A DNA stretch of 64,000 nucleotides. Source: an uncultured Candidatus Saccharibacteria bacterium (GTDB taxonomy: Bacteria > Patescibacteriota > Minisyncoccia > Phycocordibacterales > UBA9973). The notes beneath the pieces were generated by a model that did not search any database, was not told where the DNA came from, and saw nothing but the letters and a program-made list of their open reading frames with translations. The DNA is taken from the NCBI GenBank assembly GCA_964401705.1, contig CAYNZJ010000001.1, forward strand, positions 3,648 to 67,647, in the 5' to 3' direction. The translations under genes were made by a program, and so were the position numbers. Shown piece by piece: positions 40,554 through 50,923 of the stretch. Position 1 is the stretch's first letter, and each line of letters begins with the position of its first letter.

Positions 40554-40913
40554 TTAATTATTTTTAGTATCGGTATCTTCTAAATGTATATCGTGATAAG
40601 AGAGTTCTCTTATGGATTGGATGTCGTTTTCTTTTCTACTTTTTTCCTCATCTTCACTATTTACTAAAGATCGTAAATATTTTTTTGATTCTTTGATAAG
40701 CCCATAGAAAGAAAAAACTACAGAACCAATAACACATATTAAGAATACATATTGTGGTGCATTTATTTTATCAACAAGGAAATTCCCAAGGAAAAAGCCA
40801 CACAATACAGGAAATGCAATCCAACCAGAAAGACTTAATCCAAAACCTAATTGCCTAGTCATTATGCCTTGCTGTTTTTGTTTCTTATCAATGTTGTTCT
40901 TTATATTGTCCAT
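40554..40913 (-). CDS. AtpZ/AtpI-family protein
   Basis: Two TM helices, GFFLGNFLVD; first gene of the atp operon. Confidence 0.7.
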   Translation of the reverse strand: MDNIKNNIDKKQKQQGIMTRQLGFGLSLSGWIAFPVLCGFFLGNFLVDKINAPQYVFLICVIGSVVFSFYGLIKESKKYLRSLVNSEDEEKSRKENDIQSIRELSYHDIHLEDTDTKNN

Positions 40914-40914
40914 G

Positions 40915-40986
40915 TGCGTGTACTTGGAATCGGACCAAGGACCTCTGTCTTATCAGGACAGCGTTCTACCACTGAACTATACACGC
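40915..40986 (-). tRNA. tRNA-Ile(GAU)
   Basis: Full cloverleaf; CTGTC-CTGATAA-GACAG anticodon arm; atypical T-loop TCCGATT; no encoded CCA. Confidence 0.9.
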
Positions 40987-41040
40987 ATGTTTAGATTACA
41001 ACTATAATCTTTTTCATTATATTTATTACATCACCATTAC

Positions 41041-41090
41041 TCGCCCGTCCAAAGCCTTGGCGTCGGCGGGCCACTGAACTATACACGCAT
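41041..41090 (-). repeat. Duplicated tRNA-Ile 5' end joined to a GC-rich palindrome
   Basis: 41071-41090 is identical to 40969-40988 and adjoins CCCGCCGACGCCAAGGCTTTGGACGGGCGA. Confidence 0.7.
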
Positions 41091-41266
41091 AAAATCTATA
41101 ATTAATAGATTCTAAATAAACAAAATTACACCAGCAGAAATTCCACTGGGCGCCTAAATTATAGCAAATTTATGCTTTTAAAGCAAATAAAAAGGGCTAA
41201 ACCAATTAATTCTAGGTAGCCCTTAACTTTATAAATTCATAATAATCCGCATTATTGGTACCATTT

Positions 41267-42145
41267 TCACCTTCTTTGATTTTTTCTTTCATACATCTCG
41301 AATCTTAATCCACCAAAAAAGTGGTTTTCCTTTTCTACATGATCAAAACCCAACATTAGCGCTAAAGTATGGTTTATTTTTATCCCACTTTCCACCTCAA
41401 AAGAGTATTCGTTTTTATTGGGGTAATAATTTAAAAATCCCTCAAAAAAAACTTTTTCATTTAGAATAGGTTTGCTTTGCGCATAAGCGTTAACTAACCA
41501 ATCTTTAGTATGAAGATTTTTGTACCCGCCAATTTGGGCTTGATAAAAAATGTTCTTTACTATATGAAAATCTGAAAAGACAGTGTTAAGGCCCAACCAA
41601 ATAGATGTGTGGGAATTAAATCTTGCTTGAGCAGATAGGTATATAGGTACCTTTTTGAAAGCAAAATCTGCTGAAATAAAACCAAGACCTACTGTGTCTT
41701 TCGGTTCAATCCAAACATTTTGTCTAGTCCGAAAGTTGTAGAAATTATGAGATGTATCCCAAAATTGTCCAATATACGAGATAGCTATTGGGTAGTAAGC
41801 ACTAATTTCAAGCTTTTCTTCCACTGCGGAAGAACGACAATAATCTCCTCCAGAATCTTGTGCAGAAGATGTTAAAGATAAGAAAATAAAAATTATTATT
41901 CCTGATCCTCCTTTTAACCATTCGTTTATTTCTTTTAATTTTTTTTCTTTCTTTTTGTCCTTATGAAAAATTCCATAAAGTAAAAGAATTGCTCCGCCCA
42001 AAATTACACCCCATCCACCAAGCGAGATATCATCCCACCAAGGATTTTTTTGTATTTTATGATAGAGAAAAAAAGAAATAACAAATATCAAGAAAATTCC
42101 TGCAGAGAGTATATACCCTGCTGTTTTGTTTTTTAGTTTATTCAT
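41267..42145 (-). CDS. Hypothetical membrane protein with beta-strand-rich C-terminal domain
   Basis: Three hydrophobic segments, then alternating aromatic beta-strands. Confidence 0.55.
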   Translation of the reverse strand: MNKLKNKTAGYILSAGIFLIFVISFFLYHKIQKNPWWDDISLGGWGVILGGAILLLYGIFHKDKKKEKKLKEINEWLKGGSGIIIFIFLSLTSSAQDSGGDYCRSSAVEEKLEISAYYPIAISYIGQFWDTSHNFYNFRTRQNVWIEPKDTVGLGFISADFAFKKVPIYLSAQARFNSHTSIWLGLNTVFSDFHIVKNIFYQAQIGGYKNLHTKDWLVNAYAQSKPILNEKVFFEGFLNYYPNKNEYSFEVESGIKINHTLALMLGFDHVEKENHFFGGLRFEMYERKNQRR

Positions 42146-42259
42146 AAATATTTTTAATCGGGGATATTTTACCACAAAAACAACCAAAATGCAAAGATTT
42201 TGGTTGGATTATCTTGAATTCAAGCCTATTTTGTAATTAATAATAGGATTATAAAGTAA

Positions 42260-43201
42260 TTATTCTTCGTCTCCAGCATCACCAATTACCCCATTTTGAA
42301 AAGCATCAATTATGTCATCAATCTCCCCCATCATTATTTTCGGTAAATTATGCCATGACATATGTATTCGATGATCAGTAATACGGTCTTGTGGGAAATT
42401 ATAAGTTCTAATTTTTTCACTTCTATCTGCTGTTCCAATTTGGCTAGCTCGATCACCGGCATATTTAGCTGCTTCTTTTTCATCTTCTATCATTTGAAGT
42501 TTAGCTTGAAGCATTTCCATTGCTCGGTCACGGTTGGCTAATTGAGATCGCTCCATTGTACAGCGCACAGCAATCCCTGTTGGTTTATGGATTAGTCTTA
42601 CTGCAGTTTCAACCTTGTTAACATTTTGCCCACCAGCACCACCAGCCCGAGATAATTCCATTTCTAAATCGGCAGGGTTAATTGTAATTTTTGTTTTTTT
42701 ACGGATTGGTAGTATTGCAACACTGGCAGTTGATGTATGAATCCGGCCGTTTTTTTCAGTAAGTGGGATTCTTTGAACTCGATGAACTCCGGTTTCAAAG
42801 CGAAGTAATTTATATACATCTTGTCCTCGAATTTGAAAAGTATCGTCATCTAACATATGAACTGCCCATTTTCTTTTACCAGCATAGCGTTGATACATTT
42901 GAGAAAGTTCACTAGCAAACAAACTAGCTTCGTCACCACCTGCACCAGCGCGCATTTCAACGACAACTTCATTAGGGAATTCTTCTTCCTCTTTTTCGGA
43001 TTTTTCAATTTCTGCAACTTGATCTTCGATTGATTTTATTTGCATATCAATCATTGATAATTCTTCAATTGCCATATCAGACATATCAGGATTTTCTTTA
43101 ATCATATTTTCAACTTCTCCTTTTTCACGCAAAAGCTTCTCGTACTGATGTGCAAGAAATTCGGTTTTATAATTCTCTTTTAATTTTTCAATATCTAACA
43201 T
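42260..43201 (-). CDS. prfA: Peptide chain release factor 1
   Basis: GGQ; PxT (IPLTE) specificity motif; [13 protein letters not shown]. Confidence 0.94.
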   Translation of the reverse strand: MLDIEKLKENYKTEFLAHQYEKLLREKGEVENMIKENPDMSDMAIEELSMIDMQIKSIEDQVAEIEKSEKEEEEFPNEVVVEMRAGAGGDEASLFASELSQMYQRYAGKRKWAVHMLDDDTFQIRGQDVYKLLRFETGVHRVQRIPLTEKNGRIHTSTASVAILPIRKKTKITINPADLEMELSRAGGAGGQNVNKVETAVRLIHKPTGIAVRCTMERSQLANRDRAMEMLQAKLQMIEDEKEAAKYAGDRASQIGTADRSEKIRTYNFPQDRITDHRIHMSWHNLPKIMMGEIDDIIDAFQNGVIGDAGDEE

Positions 43202-43224
43202 GAGTATATTTATTATAACACAAA

Positions 43225-43280
43225 CCCCCTCTTAATCTCCCCCTTCTTAGGGGGAGATGTCCGCAAGGACAGAGGGGGGG
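43225..43280. repeat. GC-rich palindromic intergenic repeat
   Basis: CCCCCTCT..ATCTCCCCCT-TCTT-AGGGGGAGAT-GTCCGCAAGGAC-AGAGGGGG. Confidence 0.7.
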
Positions 43281-43291
43281 TACTGTATTAG

Positions 43292-43549
43292 TTAAGCTTT
43301 TTTAAGAGAAGCTCTTTTCTTGAATTTATCAACACGTCCTGCAGTATCAAGAACACGTTCTTGTCCTGTATAAAATGGATGTGTAGCTGATGAAATTTCA
43401 ACAAAATATGCTGGGTATTCTTTACCATCACCTTCGTATTTAACGGTTTCTGTTGTTTTAACAGTAGAAAAAGTTAAAAACTGCGCTCCTGTACCAGAGT
43501 CAATAAATACAACTTGACGATAATCTTTTGGGTGGATATCTTTCTTCAT
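43292..43549 (-). CDS. rpmE2: 50S ribosomal protein L31 type B
   Basis: [10 protein letters not shown]...[10 protein letters not shown]; no Cys. Confidence 0.93.
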   Translation of the reverse strand: MKKDIHPKDYRQVVFIDSGTGAQFLTFSTVKTTETVKYEGDGKEYPAYFVEISSATHPFYTGQERVLDTAGRVDKFKKRASLKKA

Positions 43550-43610
43550 ATGTATTAATATAGCATAAAATATAGAAATTGCAATTTTTTATAAAATTTG
43601 CGATCTAATT

Positions 43611-44999
43611 TTATCTTCTAGACACTCCATATTCTTTTAAATAATCAATGTCAGCTTGGATGCTGGATACACGAGCCATAACTTGTTTACCATAACTACA
43701 ATCAGACCCTCCAGACCCATAATATCTACAAGCAGCTTTGATTTGAGAACTATAAGTAGATCCAGCCCCAATATCAGCTAAATAAATAGATGAAGCAGTT
43801 ATCGAGTCTCTAGCATTCCAAGGATTAGCACTACCAGTAATTGCAATTATTCTTTTTTCTACACCTTTCCAAGTAGACGGAATAAACTGAGCTGGGCCCA
43901 TGGCTCCACCCCAACCTTGTACACCAGCAATAGGACAAGAAACCACTGTTTTTTTATAATCCATACCAAGTCTAGATGTGATTTCAATAAAAGGCTTAAC
44001 ATCTCGAGTTGGCTTCATACCATTAGCGAATACTTTATTTGTGTTTATATTAATAGCTGAACCAGTAGTTTCATCTAATAAATAACATTTACCGACATTA
44101 GCCCCTAAAGCTGATTCTTGAGTTAAAATAGCCAAAACAAGTGAAGCTGGGACACCAGTATGAGTTTGAGCACTCTCAGCATACTGCAATGCTGTACCAA
44201 AAGGAATTGCTTTGGTTTCCCCACCAGCAAAGTTAAATAAACGGGCTTTGATTTCAGCGGCCTTTTTTTCTTTTTCAGCTTTTACTTTTTCATACTCAGA
44301 CTCTTTACCTTTACTTAATTTAAGCATTGCTTGACGTTCTTTCTCGTTAGCTTCAACAGCTTTTTTAGCACTTTCTATTTTAGCTTTTGCATCAATTTGT
44401 TCGTCTTGTTTTTTAATTAATTCAGTTTTTTGAATTTCAACTTGCTTTTTATTATCACGAACAATTCCCAGCGAATCTCCAATAGAATCTTTGATACTAT
44501 TATAGTCGTCTAAATCTTGATAAAAATCAGATAATGTTTCTCCAGACATAATTACATGGACAAAAGATGTTTCATCTTGTAATTCATATGATTTACGGAT
44601 AAGCTCTGCTAACGATTCTCTTTCTCTTTCTATTTTTTCAGTTAAAGAATAGATGGTTTTGTTTTTATTATCAATTTCACCACCCAATTTTTCAATTAAT
44701 ACATTTTTTGCTCGAATATCTATTTTAGATTGATTAATTTTAGTATTTAAAATATCAATGTCACGTTTAAGTGAAGCAGATTGACCTTTTTGATTTTGAA
44801 GTTGAGCGGTGACTTCGGCTAGTTCTTTTTCAAGACCAGCTAGTTCTTGCTCTAAAATAGCTCGTTTATTTTGAGCATCCTGAATTTCACTAACTTGAGC
44901 AAATGTAGATAAAGGAGCAAAAAAAACATTCGTAATGGAAAAAATAACCAAAACAAAAATATAAATATACCGCAATTTAAAAAATCGTACCATACACAT
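43611..44999 (-). CDS. Secreted coiled-coil protein with lytic transglycosylase domain
   Basis: Signal peptide, long coiled coil, AILTQES, GAMGPAQFIPSTW. Confidence 0.8.
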   Translation of the reverse strand: MCMVRFFKLRYIYIFVLVIFSITNVFFAPLSTFAQVSEIQDAQNKRAILEQELAGLEKELAEVTAQLQNQKGQSASLKRDIDILNTKINQSKIDIRAKNVLIEKLGGEIDNKNKTIYSLTEKIERERESLAELIRKSYELQDETSFVHVIMSGETLSDFYQDLDDYNSIKDSIGDSLGIVRDNKKQVEIQKTELIKKQDEQIDAKAKIESAKKAVEANEKERQAMLKLSKGKESEYEKVKAEKEKKAAEIKARLFNFAGGETKAIPFGTALQYAESAQTHTGVPASLVLAILTQESALGANVGKCYLLDETTGSAININTNKVFANGMKPTRDVKPFIEITSRLGMDYKKTVVSCPIAGVQGWGGAMGPAQFIPSTWKGVEKRIIAITGSANPWNARDSITASSIYLADIGAGSTYSSQIKAACRYYGSGGSDCSYGKQVMARVSSIQADIDYLKEYGVSRR

Positions 45000-45031
45000 A
45001 GTATAGCACGATTTTTTATTAATTTTATGAA

Positions 45032-45661
45032 TTATTCCCCAGCTTGGTCAGATTCTTTTTTACCTTTCTTTTCAACTTCAATATTAGTTAAATCAATTGG
45101 AGCTTGTTCTTTTTCTTCGTGGACTTCGGTAACTGCAGCTACGACTTCATCTGAATCAGTGACGAGCTCAACACCTTTTGGTAATTTAATATCACTAGCA
45201 AAAACATTATCATCCAATGTTGCTAATTTTGAAATATCAGCAGTTAAACTATGTGGCATATCAGCTGGTAATGCTTCAACTTCAACTTCATGAAGTACTT
45301 TAACTAATACTCCAGCACCACTTTTAACAGCTTCTGAAACACCAGTAAATTCTAAAGGAACACTTGCTGTAATTTTCTTTTTAAGGTCAACACAAAGAAA
45401 ATCAATATGCAAAGCAAATCCTCGGATTGGATCCAATTGGATTTCATGAATTAGAACTGGTAAATCTTTACCATCTAAATTTAAACTAATAGTTGTTGTC
45501 TCTCCTGCTTCTTTGTAAACTTTTTTGAAGTCGATAGCTGGTACAGAGATAGGAGTATTCTCTACGCCAGCGCCATAAACCACAGCTGGAACCAATCCAT
45601 TTTTACGGACCAATTCTAGTTTGTCGGTTTTACTTCGCTTTTGTGCGTTTAATTTAATCAT
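45032..45661 (-). CDS. rplY: 50S ribosomal protein L25/Ctc
   Basis: VPAVVYG, HIDF. Confidence 0.93.
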   Translation of the reverse strand: MIKLNAQKRSKTDKLELVRKNGLVPAVVYGAGVENTPISVPAIDFKKVYKEAGETTTISLNLDGKDLPVLIHEIQLDPIRGFALHIDFLCVDLKKKITASVPLEFTGVSEAVKSGAGVLVKVLHEVEVEALPADMPHSLTADISKLATLDDNVFASDIKLPKGVELVTDSDEVVAAVTEVHEEKEQAPIDLTNIEVEKKGKKESDQAGE

Positions 45662-45704
45662 GGGTTTTATATTAGCATAATATGCTTATTTTGGCAAACT
45701 AAAA

Positions 45705-46667
45705 TTAATCCCAATTGAAATTGTGCCCAAAATGACCCCATATACAGGTACTAGTATATTTAACTGTATCTAATTTTAAAAATTCTCTTATACCTTTTGG
45801 GGTTAAATCATAATCTGCGATAACCTTCTCTACCCCATCAATAATAGCTACCGCCATTACAGGCTCGGCTTTACCAATAGCATAAGCTAGTTTGATATAA
45901 ACTTTATTAGCATTGTTAGATTTAAGTAAATCAACAGCAATTTTTCTAGCCATGTATGCTCCGCTTCGGTCAACTTTGGTATAATCTTTACCTGAAAATG
46001 ACCCCCCGCCAATTGAAATTTCAGGGCCGTAATTATCAATAATTAATTTTCGGCCAGATAGCCCAGTATCTGCGTCAAAACCACCTAAGACCCACTCACC
46101 AGCTGGGTTAATTAAATATTCAGTATCAGCATCACCAATTATACTTTTTACAAGTGGTAGTAATTCTTGGTTCTTTGAATTTTGAAAACTTACAACTACA
46201 GTTTTTACTTTAAAATCTATAATAGCATCATTTACATATTCAATCGTAACCTGGGTTTTACCATCATAAGGGTAAACTGCATAAATTTTTTGAGCTAAAT
46301 TCCGAGCTAAAATATATTCCAATGGAAGCAATTCTTTTGTTTCGTTGGTTGCATAACCGCACATTATGCCTTGGTCCCCAGCACCACCAGTATCAACCCC
46401 ACTAGCTATTTCAGGACTTTGTTTAACAATGTTTATAATGACTTTATAATCTTGCCCAACAATTTGCTTAACAACCTTTTCAACATCTGGCGATCCAGTA
46501 CTGGTTACTTCACCATTAATAGTAATTAAATTATGCCCACCCATAACTTCAATAGCAACGCGTGAATTAATATCATTTTCTAAATACGCATCTAAAATTG
46601 AATCCGCAATAAAATCACAAATTTTATCAGGATGTTTAGGAGTTACAAATTCTGCAGTTTTAATCAT
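45705..46667 (-). CDS. metK: S-adenosylmethionine synthetase (compact)
   Basis: HPDKICD, GAGDQG, GGGSFSGKD..KVDRSGAY. Confidence 0.92.
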   Translation of the reverse strand: MIKTAEFVTPKHPDKICDFIADSILDAYLENDINSRVAIEVMGGHNLITINGEVTSTGSPDVEKVVKQIVGQDYKVIINIVKQSPEIASGVDTGGAGDQGIMCGYATNETKELLPLEYILARNLAQKIYAVYPYDGKTQVTIEYVNDAIIDFKVKTVVVSFQNSKNQELLPLVKSIIGDADTEYLINPAGEWVLGGFDADTGLSGRKLIIDNYGPEISIGGGSFSGKDYTKVDRSGAYMARKIAVDLLKSNNANKVYIKLAYAIGKAEPVMAVAIIDGVEKVIADYDLTPKGIREFLKLDTVKYTSTCIWGHFGHNFNWD

Positions 46668-46691
46668 GAGATTGATTATACCACAAGCATT

Positions 46692-47762
46692 TTAAATCCC
46701 TTCTTTTTTGAGTTCTTCCAATAATTCTTTAGCTTTTTTGGAAATCTTTTTCGGTATGTTTATTTTAATACGCAAAATTGCGCTACCGCGAGACCCACCA
46801 CTGTGTGGTATACCGCGTGATTTGATTATCAAATTCTCCCCGTCATTTGACCCAGCTGGTACGGTTACATTAATAACACCATCAATTAATTCAATATCTT
46901 TTTTAATACCTAAAATAGCTTCAGTAGGAGTAATATTTAAATTATAAATTAAATTTGCGCCAGATCGCTCAACATTAGGATTATTTTTAACAATTAAATT
47001 TAAATACAAATCCCCTATTTTACCATTTTTAATAAACTCACCTCCACCGGTAAGCTTTAAAGTGTCCCCATGTGAAGAGCCTGCTGGAATATTTATTTTT
47101 AATTCAACTTCTTTATTTTCACCACCAGTACCATTACAATTTTTACATTTCTTTTTTATTATTTTACCAGTGCCATCACAATTATCACACATTGATACTT
47201 GTTGAAATGCCCCAAGCATTGTTCGGCGAAGAGTTGTAATTTGACCAGAACCATTACACTTACTGCAGGTTTCTGGTTTTTCATCTTTGTCCCCACCTGT
47301 TCCACTACAAGTACTACATTTTGTATGTTTTTTAATACGAATTATTTTTTCAGCCCCAAAGATAGCTTCATTAAAAGTTAGATTTATTTCAGTTACTAAA
47401 TCGCGACCTTTTCTTGGACTATTTTGACTACCGCGCATACCCCCACCAAAAAAGTCTCCAAAAATATCACCCAAATCCCCCATATCAAAATCAAAACCTT
47501 GCTGAGAAAATCCACCATAACCTGCGCCATATCCGCCAGCTCCTGCACCAGAAAAATCAGTATGTCCATATTGGTCATACTGCGCACGTTTAGCATCATC
47601 ACTTAAGACTTGATAAGCTTCATTGGCTTCTTTAAATTTAGCATCGTCACCTCCTGGTTTATCCGGATGGTATTTGTGTGCCATTTTATGAAAAGCTCTT
47701 TTTATTTCGTCTTTCGATGCACCTTTTTGTATTCCTAATGTTTCGTAATAATCTTTGGACAT
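46692..47762 (-). CDS. dnaJ: Chaperone DnaJ
   Basis: HPD, G/F-rich region, four CxxCxGxG motifs. Confidence 0.96.
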   Translation of the reverse strand: MSKDYYETLGIQKGASKDEIKRAFHKMAHKYHPDKPGGDDAKFKEANEAYQVLSDDAKRAQYDQYGHTDFSGAGAGGYGAGYGGFSQQGFDFDMGDLGDIFGDFFGGGMRGSQNSPRKGRDLVTEINLTFNEAIFGAEKIIRIKKHTKCSTCSGTGGDKDEKPETCSKCNGSGQITTLRRTMLGAFQQVSMCDNCDGTGKIIKKKCKNCNGTGGENKEVELKINIPAGSSHGDTLKLTGGGEFIKNGKIGDLYLNLIVKNNPNVERSGANLIYNLNITPTEAILGIKKDIELIDGVINVTVPAGSNDGENLIIKSRGIPHSGGSRGSAILRIKINIPKKISKKAKELLEELKKEGI

Positions 47763-47770
47763 AAATATTA

Positions 47771-48322
47771 TTATATATTAATTTGTCTCAAACGCTCATA
47801 AAGTGCAATAGCAACGCTAACAGATGCATTTAGGGATTCAACTTTACTATCCATTGGAATAGCTAAACCATAATCACATAATTTCATAGTCATAGCATGG
47901 ATGCCTTCACCTTCACTACCTACTACTATTCCAACTTTACCAGTTAAGTCTGATTTCCATAAATTCGTATCACCACTCATAAAAAGTCCATGCACCCAAA
48001 ATCCATTTTCTTTCATTGTGCGGATGGCGTCATTAACATTCATCGCAATAACCGGTATCATCCCTGCTGTACCGGCAGAAGTGTGCATTACTGTGTCGTT
48101 AATTGGAGCTTGATTATTTTTAGCAATAATTATTGCATCAACACCAGAGGCAACACTGGACCTAATAATTGCCCCAACATTATGAACATCGGTTAATTCA
48201 TCCAACACTACGATACAAGCATTTTTTTTATCTTTTGTAGTGCGCAAAACATCGCGAAGAGTAATGCTACTTTCCGCGATATTTGCTGGCACCTTGTATT
48301 TAGGCGCTCTTTTCTCCCTCAT
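47771..48322 (-). CDS. TrmH/SpoU-family RNA methyltransferase (RlmB-like, catalytic domain only)
   Basis: [27 protein letters not shown]; start MREKR overlaps the dnaK end. Confidence 0.85.
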   Translation of the reverse strand: MREKRAPKYKVPANIAESSITLRDVLRTTKDKKNACIVVLDELTDVHNVGAIIRSSVASGVDAIIIAKNNQAPINDTVMHTSAGTAGMIPVIAMNVNDAIRTMKENGFWVHGLFMSGDTNLWKSDLTGKVGIVVGSEGEGIHAMTMKLCDYGLAIPMDSKVESLNASVSVAIALYERLRQINI

Positions 48323-50201
48323 CTTGATTTTTCTCTGTAAATTCTGCTTCTTTTGCTTCGCCTTCTGAACTGTTAGTATCTGTTTTTGGAGCATCTTGGT
48401 TAGCTTTATTCATTTCTTCACCAATTTTGCTCATAGCATTACTTAAGCTTTCAGTTTTTTCTTTAATTGCATTTTGATCATCACCATCTTTGACGGCTTT
48501 CAAGTCAGCAATTGATTTTTCAACCAATTCTTTTGTCTCGGCGCTAACTTTATCACCAGCGTCTTTTAATGATTTTTCTGCAGTGTATAGTAACATTTCA
48601 GCAGTGTTTTTAGTATCAACTAATTCTTTTTTCTTTGCATCTTCGTCGGCATATTTTTCGGCATCTTGTTTCATCTTTTCAATGTCAGCGTCGGATAATC
48701 CACTAGAGGCTTCAATACGAATACTCTGCTCTTTACCACTGGCTTTATCTTTTGCTTTAACTGAAAGTATACCGTTAGCATCAACATCAAAACTAACTTC
48801 AATTTGTGGCATACCGCGTGGTGCTGGTGGAATACCATCTAAAATAAATCGTCCAAGTGATTTATTATCTTGCGCCATTTGGCGTTCACCTTGGGTAATG
48901 TGAATTTCCACACTGGTTTGATTATCACCAGCAGTTGAAAATACTTGGGAACGGTTTGTAGGAATAGTTGTATTTTTTTCAATAAGTTTTGTTGCAACGC
49001 CACCTAATGTTTCAATTCCTAGTGATAGCGGAATAACATCCAGTAGTAACACATCACGGACATCACCTTGTAAAACTCCACCTTGAACTGCAGCACCAAG
49101 TGCTACAACTTCATCTGGGTTAATTGTGCGGTTTGGTTCTTTACCAAATAATGCTTTTACAGCTTCAATAATTGCTGGCATACGGGTTTGTCCACCAACA
49201 AGTATAACTTCATCTATTTCAGTTGCTTTAAAAGGACTAGCTTCAATTGCACGCTTTGTAATTTCAATTGAACGGTCAATATATTCTTTTGCTAATTCTT
49301 CCAGTTTTGCACGAGTCATTTTAAGTAGTAAATGCTTTGGACCACTAGCGTCAGATGTAATAAACGGAATATTTATTTCTGATTCCATAGTAGTTGATAA
49401 TTCGTGTTTAACTTTCTCCGCTGCTTCTTTAAGACGTTGCAATGCTAAAGTATCTTTTGTGATATCAATACCACTTTCTTTTTTAAATTCATCAGCAATG
49501 TAGCGAATTATTTTTTGGTCAATGTCTTCACCACCCATGTGTGAATCACCATCGGTTGATTTAACTTCAATAACATCATCACCAACTTCAAGAATTGATA
49601 CATCAAATGTTCCACCTCCAAAGTCATACACGGCGATTTTTTCATTTTTCTTTTTGTTAAACCCGTATGCTAGTGCAGCGGCAGTTGGCTCGTTAATGAT
49701 TCGCTTTACATCAAGTCCGGCAATTGCTCCGGCGTCTTTTGTAGCTTTTCTTTGAGCATCATTAAAATATGCTGGAACAGTAATTACTGCTTCGGTTACC
49801 TTTTCACCTAGTTTAGCTTCAACATCGGCTTTGATTTTAGCTAATATCATTGCGGAAATTTCTTCGGGACGAGTGAATTCTTCACCAATTTTAACCATTA
49901 CTCCACCGTCTTGCCCAGCTTGTGTTTTAAATGACAAAGTATCTTTACCTTTCATTATTTCCGGATCAGAGAAAAGATGCCCCATGAATCGTTTGATACC
50001 ATAAATAGTATTTTCCGGGTTTGTTACAGCTTGACGTTTTGCCAGTAATCCCACAAGCCGTTCGCCTGTTTTACTAATTGCAACGATACTTGGTGTTGTA
50101 CGGTTACCTTCGATATTTTCTATAATTTTTGGTTGCCCAGCTTCTATAATAGCTACTGCACTGTTTGTTGTACCTAAATCGATACCTATGATTTTTGACA
50201 T
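48300..50201 (-). CDS. dnaK: Chaperone DnaK
   Basis: [20 protein letters not shown]. Confidence 0.98.
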   Translation of the reverse strand: MSKIIGIDLGTTNSAVAIIEAGQPKIIENIEGNRTTPSIVAISKTGERLVGLLAKRQAVTNPENTIYGIKRFMGHLFSDPEIMKGKDTLSFKTQAGQDGGVMVKIGEEFTRPEEISAMILAKIKADVEAKLGEKVTEAVITVPAYFNDAQRKATKDAGAIAGLDVKRIINEPTAAALAYGFNKKKNEKIAVYDFGGGTFDVSILEVGDDVIEVKSTDGDSHMGGEDIDQKIIRYIADEFKKESGIDITKDTLALQRLKEAAEKVKHELSTTMESEINIPFITSDASGPKHLLLKMTRAKLEELAKEYIDRSIEITKRAIEASPFKATEIDEVILVGGQTRMPAIIEAVKALFGKEPNRTINPDEVVALGAAVQGGVLQGDVRDVLLLDVIPLSLGIETLGGVATKLIEKNTTIPTNRSQVFSTAGDNQTSVEIHITQGERQMAQDNKSLGRFILDGIPPAPRGMPQIEVSFDVDANGILSVKAKDKASGKEQSIRIEASSGLSDADIEKMKQDAEKYADEDAKKKELVDTKNTAEMLLYTAEKSLKDAGDKVSAETKELVEKSIADLKAVKDGDDQNAIKEKTESLSNAMSKIGEEMNKANQDAPKTDTNSSEGEAKEAEFTEKNQDEGEKSA

Positions 50202-50365
50202 ATTATTTTTCTTGTCTCGCCATAGCTTTATGCATAGGCGGATATTAACTTATAATTTTTTAATAATTTATATTTGGATTATATACTAAGCTCATATTTT
50301 TGACAAGTATTTAGCGACCGCAAAAAGCTTGTAAAATGTGGATAACTATATTATATTATAAATAT

Positions 50366-50923
50366 ATGGCAAAGAAAATAGATTATTCAAAAAAAATACT
50401 TAAAATACTAGCGGATAAACCGGCTGTTTTGATTAGTGATATAGTTCAAAGCCCAAACCCTCTCCAAACCTCCCCCTTATCAAGGGGAGGCACCGACATA
50501 AAATCCAAATATGCAATTACAAGGTCATTAAAATCTCTTGCTGATGCTGGGTTTATTGAAAATATCTCATCAGGACAAAATAGCTACGCTAGACTAACTA
50601 AACAAGGTAAAAGAAAATTAAACAGTATCAACCTAGAGAGCGATACCGCAATGGTTAATACTTCTTGGGATGGCAATTGGCGAATCATCATGCTGGATTT
50701 ACCAGAAAATAGAAAAAACGAACGCGAAAGTTTGCGCTATTTATTAAAAAAGGCTGGGTTTATTTGTCTTAAAAATTCGGCTTGGATATCACCTTATCCA
50801 TTTGAATTTATGTTTTACAATATCAAAAAAGATCTTGGCTTAACCAATGAAATGATGATATTTGTTACAAATAAAATTGACGAATTAACTAAAGAAGAAT
50901 TAAATAAAATATTTAAAATCTAA
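50366..50923 (+). CDS. PaaX-like transcriptional regulator (wHTH plus Cas2-like domain)
   Basis: YARLTKQG, WDGNWRIIMLDLPE, LKKAGFICLKNSAWISPY. Confidence 0.75.
   Translation: MAKKIDYSKKILKILADKPAVLISDIVQSPNPLQTSPLSRGGTDIKSKYAITRSLKSLADAGFIENISSGQNSYARLTKQGKRKLNSINLESDTAMVNTSWDGNWRIIMLDLPENRKNERESLRYLLKKAGFICLKNSAWISPYPFEFMFYNIKKDLGLTNEMMIFVTNKIDELTKEELNKIFKI

Noticed and set aside
50366-50923. Cas2 gene
   Set aside because: The Cas2-like fold is the PaaX central domain fused to a wHTH; no cas1 or array is present
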